A program made the position numbers and the translations under genes. From Acidiferrobacterales bacterium (GTDB lineage Bacteria > Pseudomonadota > Gammaproteobacteria > Acidiferrobacterales > SPGG2): a stretch of DNA of 64,000 nt. The DNA is taken from contig JBHICC010000010.1 of NCBI GenBank assembly GCA_046759385.1, positions 1,117 to 65,116 on the forward strand, read 5' to 3'. This document shows positions 46,521-55,229 of this stretch, piece by piece. The notes beneath the pieces are model-generated. The model did no database searches, was not told the DNA's origin, and worked only from the letters and a program-made list of their open reading frames with translations. Position 1 is the stretch's first letter. Each line of letters opens with the position of its first letter.

Positions 46521-47099
46521 TCAGCGACGTTTGCGTCGTGCGGAGGCAGTTTTCTTTCTAGTTTTTTTCGCTGTTCGCGTCGCCGATTTTCTCTTACCCG
46601 CTGGACGCCGCCTCATTGCCGTGGAAGACTGTCGCCGACCTGATGCCTTCTTAGTATGTCGGGCACGTGCACGGCGCGCCGGCCGCGGTCGCCTACGGGC
46701 CCGCGCGGAGATTGACACTGCCGGCCTACCCGCCTGAAGCACTGAGAAGAATAGAACCAGGCCGATCGACAGATTGATCAGCAGCGTAAAAAAGGTCGCT
46801 GGCTTCTGCGGCATTCCGCCGCTAACAAAAATCTGAAAGATCATTACCAAACTAAGCAATGCCAGGACAATTATCGAAGCATGCATGTGTGAATCGGTTG
46901 GGTTAAGCGCCGCAATGAAGAACAGCAGGGCGAACGCAAAGAAGGCAGCGCCAACGATCCCTGTTATCGCAGGATCGTAAGGTCCGTGGCTGAGCACGCT
47001 CTGCATGGTTTCCGGTCCCATGAATAAAGCCACTCCCCACAGCAGAGATACAGCTGCAGCAACGTATAGATAACGACTGAGGCTTGTATGCACCTTCAT
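46521..47099 (-). CDS. Hypothetical 4-TM membrane protein with Arg/Lys-rich tail
   Basis: Four hydrophobic segments then a 68-aa basic tail; GGGAG RBS. Confidence 0.8.
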   Translation of the reverse strand: MKVHTSLSRYLYVAAAVSLLWGVALFMGPETMQSVLSHGPYDPAITGIVGAAFFAFALLFFIAALNPTDSHMHASIIVLALLSLVMIFQIFVSGGMPQKPATFFTLLINLSIGLVLFFSVLQAGRPAVSISARARRRPRPARRARARHTKKASGRRQSSTAMRRRPAGKRKSATRTAKKTRKKTASARRKRR

Positions 47100-47186
47100 G
47101 CTCCCTGGTTTCCCTAGCTATACTTATTAGTACAAGTAAGTATAGCTACGCAATCTTATTCGCAATAGCGCCAACACATGTAGTCA

Positions 47187-47699
47187 ATGGAAGACGAAGG
47201 GCACCCTTCATCCGCCGCGAGCTCCGAACGATTACACCTGCACACGCGTACAGAAGTTCAGGACCTAGTGGCTCACTTGCTGAAACAAGCCAAGCGCAGG
47301 ATCTGCGTGTTCGCGCCTATGCTTCCGCCTGACCTTTTCAATTCCGTGCAGAATGCAAAGGCATTGGCTCACTTCGCTGCTACCCATCGCAGCAATCGTG
47401 CTTTATTCCTTGTGGAAGACGGGGAGAAATCGGTCCAGCACAACGGTCGCGTCGTTGAGATGTGCCGCCGACTGAGCGATTTCATCGAGATGCGTCGGAT
47501 CGTTGAAGAAGAAATAGGCTTACAACAGCTTTGGGTGATCGTAGACGATAGTTCGTACCTGCATCAGCGACACCTAGATAAACAGGACTACATTGCCCGA
47601 TTCGAAGCGAAGAGCGAGGCGCGATCATTGCTAGATCAGTTCGAGCGTCTTTGGGAACGTAGCCAACCGATCCATGAGATCCATCCGCTCGGCTTGTGA
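47187..47699 (+). CDS. Conserved hypothetical protein (PLD-like fold fragment often found after purB with a GNAT)
   Basis: QAKRRICVFAP, RRLSDFIEMR, IVDDSSYL, FERLWERS pattern; position. Confidence 0.7.
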   Translation: MEDEGHPSSAASSERLHLHTRTEVQDLVAHLLKQAKRRICVFAPMLPPDLFNSVQNAKALAHFAATHRSNRALFLVEDGEKSVQHNGRVVEMCRRLSDFIEMRRIVEEEIGLQQLWVIVDDSSYLHQRHLDKQDYIARFEAKSEARSLLDQFERLWERSQPIHEIHPLGL

Positions 47700-47718
47700 C
47701 GGAAATGGATCAAAGGTG

Positions 47719-48189
47719 ATGCTGCGACCCTCGGTTATCGTTTGGCTCGTACTTGTGAGTGGATTGGTTGTCGCGTGCGCACACCGCCCGCCGCAGACTC
47801 GATCCCAAGAGGTCGACGTCAGCACGGCAGCTGCCCGCTACGCATTCAAATTAGTCGGGGCGCCCTATCGGTATGGAGGCGCTACGCCACAAGGATTCGA
47901 CTGTAGCGGTCTGGTTCATTACAGCTTCGGGCGCGCCGGTGTCATCGTACCGCGCACGACACGTGAACAACGTCGGAGCTCACGACGCTTGTCAGACGCG
48001 CGCGTCCGACCCGGTGATTTGTTGTTCTTTACCCAAAACGGAAAGCGAGCGTCGCATGTTGGTCTTTACATTGGCGATAACCAATTCGTTCACGCACCGT
48101 CGACGGGAAAGAGCGTGCATGTCTCTAGGTTGGATAACGCCTACTGGCGTCGCCATTTCGTCGAAGCAAGACGCTTCGAGCTTGACTAA
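47719..48189 (+). CDS. NlpC/P60 (C40) lipoprotein peptidase
   Basis: Lipobox VVAC; GAPYRYGG, GFDCSGLV, HVGLY, FVHAP. Confidence 0.95.
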   Translation: MLRPSVIVWLVLVSGLVVACAHRPPQTRSQEVDVSTAAARYAFKLVGAPYRYGGATPQGFDCSGLVHYSFGRAGVIVPRTTREQRRSSRRLSDARVRPGDLLFFTQNGKRASHVGLYIGDNQFVHAPSTGKSVHVSRLDNAYWRRHFVEARRFELD

Positions 48190-48434
48190 AGTCGATTAGA
48201 GCTGCCGACGCGCATCGCACGTCGATTTCACTAACCTTTAGGCTACGCACCCGCACGCGCGTCATCTGAACAATTCGACAATAAGTTTTTTTCAGTGTCG
48301 CGCTATGTTATTGCTTGTCGATAATTAATCGAAAGGAGCAACGCATAACTGTATCGATGACGAATCAGTTTACAGTGCCAACGCAAACGTAGGCCTCAGT
48401 TGCAACGGCTTTTTAAACAGCGTAGCCTAACAGC

Positions 48435-51323
48435 ATGACTCAAGTACCCCCTTCAATCTCGAAAGAACTCTCTGATCGATCCTACCTCTTCAGTGAGAAT
48501 GCCTACTACATCGAGGACCTCTACGCGCGCTACCTACAAGCCCCCGATTCGGTCGGTGAGCCTTGGCGAAGCTATTTCGACGCGATGCAGGACGGGCCCC
48601 ATAGCCGTGTACGAGAGGCAGTAGCGGCTGCCACACGCGCGACACCATTCACGCAGCCACCTAAACTGAGGACGGCCGGCGCACCATATTCCGCAACGGA
48701 TCACAAACAGGTGTCAGTCCTGCGGCTGATCAACGTGTATCGCGTCCGTGGGCATCAACAGGCGGATATCGATCCGCTAATGCTGACCCCGCGCCCGGCC
48801 GTGAACGATCTTGATCCCGCATTTCACAACCTGAACGAAGCTGACATGGATACGGCATTCTATACCGGGCCATTCGCGCTCGGCCCCCAATATCGCGAAG
48901 TCGGCGCGCGGTCGCTGGGCATGTCGGATCAGTTGCCCTTGCGGAAGATTATCGAGCTCGCCCGCAGAATCTACTGCGGACACATCGGCAGTGAGTACAT
49001 GTACATTACCGACACCGAGCAAAAACGCTGGATCCAGGACCGCCTCGAACAGAGTCTCGGCAAGCCGGAGTTTCCTGCTGACGCTCGCCGGCGAATCCTC
49101 GAACGCATAACCGCCGCCGAGGGGCTAGAGAAATATCTGCACGCAAAGTATGTCGGACAGAAACGATTCTCGCTCGAAGGAGCCGAAAGCCTGATTCCGC
49201 TGTTGGATGAGTTGGTTCAACACGCCGGCAGCGCTCGCATCGAGGAGATCGTCTTGGGTATGGCCCATCGAGGCCGCCTCAATGTTCTGGTGAATATCTT
49301 GGGCAAGTCACCGAAAGACTTGTTCCTCGAGTTCGAAGGGAAGCACGACTCCGGCAGCGAAAACGGCTCGGGCGACGTCAAGTATCATCAGGGCTTCTCC
49401 TCTGACATCGCTACGCCGGGGAGCCCCGTACATCTGGCACTCGCGTTTAACCCTTCGCACCTCGAGGCGGTAAACCCGGTGGTCGAGGGTTCCGTGAGAG
49501 CACGCCAGGATCGACGCCACGATCGTGAAGGTAACCAGGTTCTACCGGTACTGATTCATGGGGACGCCGCGTTTGCGGGGCAAGGCGTGATCATGGAGAC
49601 CTTCAATATGTCCCAGGCACGCGGTTATCGCACCGGCGGCACCGTACACATAGTGGTTAACAATCAGATCGGTTTTACGACCAGCCACCCGCTCGATTCG
49701 CGTTCTACTTTGTATTGCACCGAGGTCGCGAAGATGGTGCAGGCACCGATCTTTCACGTAAATGGTGATGACCCCGAAGCAGTCGTATTTGTCACGCAGT
49801 TGGCGCTCGACTTCCGCATGCAATTCAAGAAAGATGTGGTGATCGATCTTATCAGCTACCGCCGACTCGGCCATAACGAGGCCGACGAGCCCGCAGTGAC
49901 GCAGCCGATGATGTACAAGAAGATCAAGGCACATCCGACCGTACGGCAAATCTACGCTGACCGTGTCATAAGGGAAAGCGTGGTCACTCAAGCTGAGGCA
50001 GATCAGCTAGTAAGCGACTACCGCGACGCGCTTGATCAGGGTCGTCTCGTTGCCCGCGAGATTCTGACTGAGACGCATAATAAGTACGAGGTCGACTGGA
50101 CCCCTTACAAAAACGTGAAGTGGACATACACGGTTGATACCACGGTGTCGATCGAGACCTTGCGGGCGCTAGCCGATAACCTCAACCAAGTTCCCCAGGG
50201 GTTTGAGCTACACCCGCGAGTCGTCAAGATTCTAGAGGACCGCCGCAATATGGCCCTTGGCGCGCGTCCGATCGACTGGGGCTTCGCCGAGATCATTGCC
50301 TACGCCACACTCCTGCGCGATGGCCACCCTGTGCGGGTTTCTGGTCAGGACTCGGGCAGAGGAACGTTCTTCCACCGCCACGCTGTATTGCACAACCAAA
50401 AAGACGGGAGCAGCGAGGTGCCGCTGCGTCGCATCGGTGATGTTCAGGCGAACTTTCTGGTTATCGACTCGCTACTGTCGGAGGAAGCGGTGCTTGGGTT
50501 CGAATACGGTTATGCCACGGCTGAACCAAACGCATTGGTGATATGGGAGGCACAGTTCGGCGACTTCGCTAACGGCGCCCAGGTAATCATCGATCAGTTC
50601 ATCAGCAGCGGCGGAGTCAAATGGGGTCGGTTGTCCGGCCTGACGTTGTTCTTGCCGCATGGCTATGAGGGACAAGGCCCCGAGCACTCCTCCGCCCGGC
50701 TCGAGCGCTTCATGCAACTGTGTGCAGAGCACAACATTCAAGTGTGCGTGCCGACAACACCGGCGCAGATGTTTCACCTGCTACGGCGCCAAGTGCTACG
50801 CCCGTTCCGCCGCCCGTTGATTGTGATGACTCCCAAGAGCCTGTTGCGCCACAAGCTATCCACATCGCCGCTCGAGTACTTATCGCATGGCGAGTTTCGG
50901 ACCATTATCGGTGAAGTCGATCCACTCGAGGCCAAAGAGATTGCGCGCGCCGTCCTTTGCAGTGGCAAGGTTTATTATGATCTGCTCGAAGCTCGACGAG
51001 CGCGTCAGATAAATCACATTGCCATTGTGCGTGTGGAACAGCTACATCCGTTTCCGCGCGAACAGCTGGCCGCCGAACTGAAACGCTATACACAGGCAAA
51101 AGAGATCGTATGGTGCCAGGAGGAACCGCAGAATCAGGGCGCCTGGTATCAGATCCAACATCATTTGCGCGCTTGCCTGCTCGCAGGACAGGCCCTGCGC
51201 TATGCTGGGCGCCAAGCTTATGCCTCGCCGGCAGTCGGTTACTTCAGCCTGCATGTGGAACAACAAGCTGCACTTGTTAACGACGCCCTCAGTGATGTAC
51301 TGAAGCTTAAACGCCCCGCTTGA
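48435..51323 (+). CDS. sucA: 2-oxoglutarate dehydrogenase E1
   Basis: GMAHRGRLN, GDVKYH, HGDAAFAGQG, WEAQFGDFAN, GPEHSSAR. Confidence 0.99.
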   Translation: MTQVPPSISKELSDRSYLFSENAYYIEDLYARYLQAPDSVGEPWRSYFDAMQDGPHSRVREAVAAATRATPFTQPPKLRTAGAPYSATDHKQVSVLRLINVYRVRGHQQADIDPLMLTPRPAVNDLDPAFHNLNEADMDTAFYTGPFALGPQYREVGARSLGMSDQLPLRKIIELARRIYCGHIGSEYMYITDTEQKRWIQDRLEQSLGKPEFPADARRRILERITAAEGLEKYLHAKYVGQKRFSLEGAESLIPLLDELVQHAGSARIEEIVLGMAHRGRLNVLVNILGKSPKDLFLEFEGKHDSGSENGSGDVKYHQGFSSDIATPGSPVHLALAFNPSHLEAVNPVVEGSVRARQDRRHDREGNQVLPVLIHGDAAFAGQGVIMETFNMSQARGYRTGGTVHIVVNNQIGFTTSHPLDSRSTLYCTEVAKMVQAPIFHVNGDDPEAVVFVTQLALDFRMQFKKDVVIDLISYRRLGHNEADEPAVTQPMMYKKIKAHPTVRQIYADRVIRESVVTQAEADQLVSDYRDALDQGRLVAREILTETHNKYEVDWTPYKNVKWTYTVDTTVSIETLRALADNLNQVPQGFELHPRVVKILEDRRNMALGARPIDWGFAEIIAYATLLRDGHPVRVSGQDSGRGTFFHRHAVLHNQKDGSSEVPLRRIGDVQANFLVIDSLLSEEAVLGFEYGYATAEPNALVIWEAQFGDFANGAQVIIDQFISSGGVKWGRLSGLTLFLPHGYEGQGPEHSSARLERFMQLCAEHNIQVCVPTTPAQMFHLLRRQVLRPFRRPLIVMTPKSLLRHKLSTSPLEYLSHGEFRTIIGEVDPLEAKEIARAVLCSGKVYYDLLEARRARQINHIAIVRVEQLHPFPREQLAAELKRYTQAKEIVWCQEEPQNQGAWYQIQHHLRACLLAGQALRYAGRQAYASPAVGYFSLHVEQQAALVNDALSDVLKLKRPA

Positions 51324-51346
51324 ATAAAAGGACCTAAGAAGGATAG

Positions 51347-52606
51347 ATGCGCGTCGAAGTAAAGTCTCCTACTCTGCCCGAATCCGTCACCGAAGCGACT
51401 CTCCTTAGTTGGCACAAACAAGCTGGGGAGAACGTGACCCGCGACGAGAACCTGGTCGACATCGAGACGGAAAAGGTCGTGCTCGAGGTACCAGCACCTC
51501 AGAATGGTGTCCTCGCCGAGGTACTCAAGCGCGATGGCGACGTTGTCGGCAGCGACGAGCCGATCGCAATCATCGACACTGGCGCGGTTGAGACGACCGC
51601 ACCTGCCGCCGAAACGAAGCCCACTGGCGTCCCACCAATACCTGGTGGCACGCCTGTCGCCGCGGGTACGGTTGAGCGAGCCCAGAACGCGATAGCGGAA
51701 CCGCGCTTGAGCCCCGCGGTGCGCCGCTTGCTGGCGGAACACGATCTGCAGGCCAGCGAAATCACCGCTACCGGTCGGGGTGGACGACTCACGAAAGAGG
51801 ACGTGCTTAGCTTCGTGCGCCAGCGAGACACGGGAGCAGCCGATGCTCGGATAGCCGCGCCCGAAGTAAGTACACCACGAATTCAGCAGCGGGCGCTAGT
51901 GAGAGATCGCCAACAGCGGCGCGTGCCCATGACGCGGCTGCGGGCGACTATCGCGGAGCGCCTGCTTCATGCCCAGCACTCCGCGGCCCTGCTTACGACC
52001 TTCAACGAGGTCAACATGCAAGCGGTGATGGATTTGCGGCGTAAGTACCGTGACTCTTTCGATAAGGAGTATGGGGTGCGACTCGGGTTCATGTCGTTCT
52101 TTGTTAAGGCTAGCGTACAGGCGTTACGTCAATTCCCAGTCATCAACGCGTCGATCGACGACAAAGACATCGTTTATCACGAATACTATGACATTGGCAT
52201 CGCCGTTGCTGGGTCTCGAGGGCTTGTGGTGCCCGTCTTGAGGAATGCGGATCAACAGAGCTTTGCCGAAATCGAGTCGCGCATCTCGGAGTTCGGCCAG
52301 AAAGCTAGTGATGGCAGCCTCAGTATGGATGAGTTGACAGGTGGCACGTTCACCATCACCAACGGCGGAGTATTTGGCTCACTCGTATCGACCCCGCTTG
52401 TGAACCCGCCGCAGAGTGCCATCCTGGGCATGCACAAAATACAACAGCGCCCGATCGCAGAAGACAACGAAGTGCGCATCCGACCGATGATGTACTTGGC
52501 GCTTACTTATGACCACCGTGTTATCGACGGCCGCGAGGCCGTGCAGTTTGTCGTGACCATCAAGGACGCGTTGGAGGACCCCACGCGCTTGTTGCTGCAA
52601 GTCTAG
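51347..52606 (+). CDS. sucB: Dihydrolipoamide succinyltransferase E2
   Basis: Lipoyl domain ([13 protein letters not shown]), E3-binding domain, YDHRVIDG. Confidence 0.98.
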   Translation: MRVEVKSPTLPESVTEATLLSWHKQAGENVTRDENLVDIETEKVVLEVPAPQNGVLAEVLKRDGDVVGSDEPIAIIDTGAVETTAPAAETKPTGVPPIPGGTPVAAGTVERAQNAIAEPRLSPAVRRLLAEHDLQASEITATGRGGRLTKEDVLSFVRQRDTGAADARIAAPEVSTPRIQQRALVRDRQQRRVPMTRLRATIAERLLHAQHSAALLTTFNEVNMQAVMDLRRKYRDSFDKEYGVRLGFMSFFVKASVQALRQFPVINASIDDKDIVYHEYYDIGIAVAGSRGLVVPVLRNADQQSFAEIESRISEFGQKASDGSLSMDELTGGTFTITNGGVFGSLVSTPLVNPPQSAILGMHKIQQRPIAEDNEVRIRPMMYLALTYDHRVIDGREAVQFVVTIKDALEDPTRLLLQV

Positions 52607-52767
52607 CCAGTGCCGCAACGAGAGCCGAATTTAGGCTGCGATCGTGCGAATCCATCTTCGTCTCGATGAGGCCGACGACGACGTTATTGTGCTCGCTCGC
52701 CGGCAGAAACTCGCCAACCCCCAGTTCCACGTCCCCCGACCGGTGGACCCTCCGCGCCGCCAGACTA

Positions 52768-52812
52768 CCCTTTGACGGCGGAAACACAGGTTCGAATCCC
52801 GTTGGGGACCCA
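52768..52812 (+). pseudogene. Degenerate tRNA-Glu 3' half (att-site remnant)
   Basis: CCCTTTGACGGCGGAAACACAGGTTCGAATCCCGTTGGGGACCCA follows tRNA-Glu from anticodon loop to acceptor; loop and T stem mutated; no proper D arm upstream. Confidence 0.7.
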
Positions 52813-52864
52813 CACTGCTAAGTTTGAAAGGATTCAGTGGACAGGCAGTTAATTATGCCATGAC

Positions 52865-53356
52865 CTACGGCTGCGTAGGGCTCGTCTCTGCGGTATCGGC
52901 GTCGTCGTCTAGGTCCGACTTGTGCTGCGCCAATGCGTTAAAAGCTAAAGCGGCGAATCCTTTCAAAGCCGAGCAAACGATAGTCACAACCACGACGGTC
53001 CCGATCACGCTCACGGTGAAGATAAATGTCTTAGGACCGAACCATGTCTCGCCGATGAGGATCAATCCCCATACGAGGCCCAGTGTTCGCCAAGAGTTTC
53101 GGATCTTCTTGGGGGGTACGTCGTCGTGCAGCACGAGCACACCGATGACGACAGGCGCCCACCACGCCGCTATCCAAAGCGATTGCACCATGAGGTAGGT
53201 CGCGGCGTCCCATAGGGCGAACGTTCTAGACGGAATAGCACCGAACAATATGCCCACCACGACACCATTCAACCCAAGCTGCGCGAAGTAGTGCACGCCC
53301 AGCTTTAGCTTCTCTTTCATGGCAGGGTATTCGCTTTTTTTTGCTGGCTCATGCAA
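52865..53356 (-). CDS. Hypothetical multi-pass membrane protein, probably 5'-decayed
   Basis: About four hydrophobic segments; best RBS+ATG lies at 53502, separated by stops and a frameshift. Confidence 0.55.
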   Translation of the reverse strand: MHEPAKKSEYPAMKEKLKLGVHYFAQLGLNGVVVGILFGAIPSRTFALWDAATYLMVQSLWIAAWWAPVVIGVLVLHDDVPPKKIRNSWRTLGLVWGLILIGETWFGPKTFIFTVSVIGTVVVVTIVCSALKGFAALAFNALAQHKSDLDDDADTAETSPTQP

Positions 53357-53637
53357 GAAGTCTAGCAGCTGGGGAACTGCTTTATTCAGAATAACTGTTC
53401 TAGCATCAAGCTAGGTAAACGCTTCTGGCAAGCAATGATGAGGTCACATGCAGTTTAGATTTGGTTGTAGTCGTCTTTCGTTGGGATGAGGTAGTAAGAC
53501 ATAGTTGTCCTTTCATTCTTTAGCGCCGTGTTGCTTTAGCAGTTCGATGCACCGTTGGCAATAAGCAATTCGACAATAGTAGGGTCACCTACCCGTGACG
53601 CTGATGCTTGTGACTGACTTTGGCTGGGCGCGGGGCA

Positions 53638-54879
53638 TTAGCGAATCACCTTCGCATTGTCCGCCTTGAAGTCGAATTTCGGTAGCGCGGTGTTGAACAT
53701 CTCGCGCCGGTCGGCGTGTAGAAACTTCGCGTAGTACTTGTCAATCATGCGGATCGACGTACCGACCGAATCGGCAAGAACCTTCACGTTCATTCCGTTT
53801 TTCAATGCAAGCGAAATGTACGTATGCCGCATGGCGAAGCAGTTCGTTGCCTTCGGCAGCTTCGCCGCCTTGACTGCCGCTTTCATTGGTCGAGCGTGAT
53901 GGTTCGTGCCCCACGGCTTACCGTTGTCGTTCAACAACAAAAAGTCATCGGGCTTGCGTCCTGCGGTGAGGCGGGAAAAGAACTCCACACCCTCATCGGT
54001 TAAGAACACGTCACGCGCCCCGGTCTTGCCCTCAGGGATACGGATCGTGCCATCGTTGCGATCGAAATCCTGCACCTGGATAAATTCAAGTTCTTTCCCA
54101 GGACGTGCCCCGGTGTAGAGAAGGGCTTGAAGGTAAGCCCGGAAAGCCCCTTGGGCGGCGTTAATGAGTCCACGGCATTGATCGGGCTGAAGGAAAATCA
54201 TGCGCGCCTCGTCCACTTCTTCAAAGGCTTTAACCCGCTTCCATTCCGTGTTGTCCCTGACCTTGTTGTTTCGCCATGCGTGATTCAACAGAGCTTTGAA
54301 CACGGTCAGGATCCGATTTACCGAAGCCTTGCGTTTGCGAAGAGCCTCAGGGTCACCACCCGTCTCAACCAACTTGTTGCCACGGCGGTGAAGGGGAGAC
54401 GTGACGAGCTTGCTTTTCCAGCGGTTGATCTCTGCCGTGGTTAGTGAATCAATGCGCCGGTCCCCGAAGGCGGGAAGAATGCGTGCTTTGATCGTCTGCT
54501 CGGTCGTGGCGGCCGATTTTCGATGTGCCCGGAACCAGACAAGATAATCCTCCGCTGCCTCGCTGACGGTGTAGCGCAGCGGGTGCCCGCCGTCGGCCTC
54601 CTGGTTTGAGACTCCCAGTGCCTTGGCGTGCGCCTGCGCGTAGCTCAATACGTCCAGGTCGTTAGCGTCAGTGTGATCGTCGGCATTGCCCAGACGCTGG
54701 AACGTGTACGCATCACCCCCGTTGAGCTTGCGGGCAATCCAGATACCACGCTTTTTTCCCTTGCGATAACCGATACTTAGGCCAATGTGGATTTGCCGCC
54801 AGTATGGAGCGTGGCGCTGTTTCAGGCGGCTGCGAGCCTCGCGGGTCTCGAGCCTTGCATCTCGGGTCAGGCGTGCCAT
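53638..54879 (-). CDS. Tyrosine recombinase/integrase
   Basis: Arm-binding-type N-terminus (LSIGYRKG), TGARPG (catalytic R), FAMRHT, GTSIRMIDKYY (catalytic Y). Confidence 0.93.
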   Translation of the reverse strand: MARLTRDARLETREARSRLKQRHAPYWRQIHIGLSIGYRKGKKRGIWIARKLNGGDAYTFQRLGNADDHTDANDLDVLSYAQAHAKALGVSNQEADGGHPLRYTVSEAAEDYLVWFRAHRKSAATTEQTIKARILPAFGDRRIDSLTTAEINRWKSKLVTSPLHRRGNKLVETGGDPEALRKRKASVNRILTVFKALLNHAWRNNKVRDNTEWKRVKAFEEVDEARMIFLQPDQCRGLINAAQGAFRAYLQALLYTGARPGKELEFIQVQDFDRNDGTIRIPEGKTGARDVFLTDEGVEFFSRLTAGRKPDDFLLLNDNGKPWGTNHHARPMKAAVKAAKLPKATNCFAMRHTYISLALKNGMNVKVLADSVGTSIRMIDKYYAKFLHADRREMFNTALPKFDFKADNAKVIR

Positions 54880-55229
54880 CCTTAATGAGCCTCCTGGTAT
54901 GAATTTACTCAGATTTACTTAGAATACCAGGAAGGTAAGTGATGGTAAAGGGCGGTAAATAGTGGCCAGTAGTACGGGAGAAAACGAGATTTACTTAACT
55001 TCTGCTGACATCAATTTACTCAGTTGTCGCCCTTTAAAGGCGCTAACACGTCTTCAGGCCTACGCTCCCAGGGCTAAACGCAGCAGATTGGCAGATGAAC
55101 GCTGGTGCGATTCGCCTGTACCCTGTCCCAGCAGGGCCCATACCGTTGGCATACTAATTGCTCCCTTCTTTTGAACCCAAACTCCTCAGGAACAACCAAC
55201 AACGTCAAGCGGCCGCGTACGAGCATTAG

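Larger units (their letters stand above)
52768..55050. mobile_element. Integrase mini-island (~2.3 kb)
   Basis: Tyrosine integrase and one cargo ORF between imperfect tRNA-Glu-like direct repeats (16/21 identical). Confidence 0.65.

Noticed and set aside
52731-52812. Complete tRNA-Glu gene (GTCCCC...GGGGAC can pair)
   Set aside because: D arm is non-canonical, anticodon loop would be 15 nt, T stem has a mismatch; kept only as a remnant.
55060-55152. Minus-strand 30-aa ORF MPTVWALLGQG... with AGGGAG RBS next to the island end
   Set aside because: Could be the start of a gene broken by the island, but too short and degraded to support.
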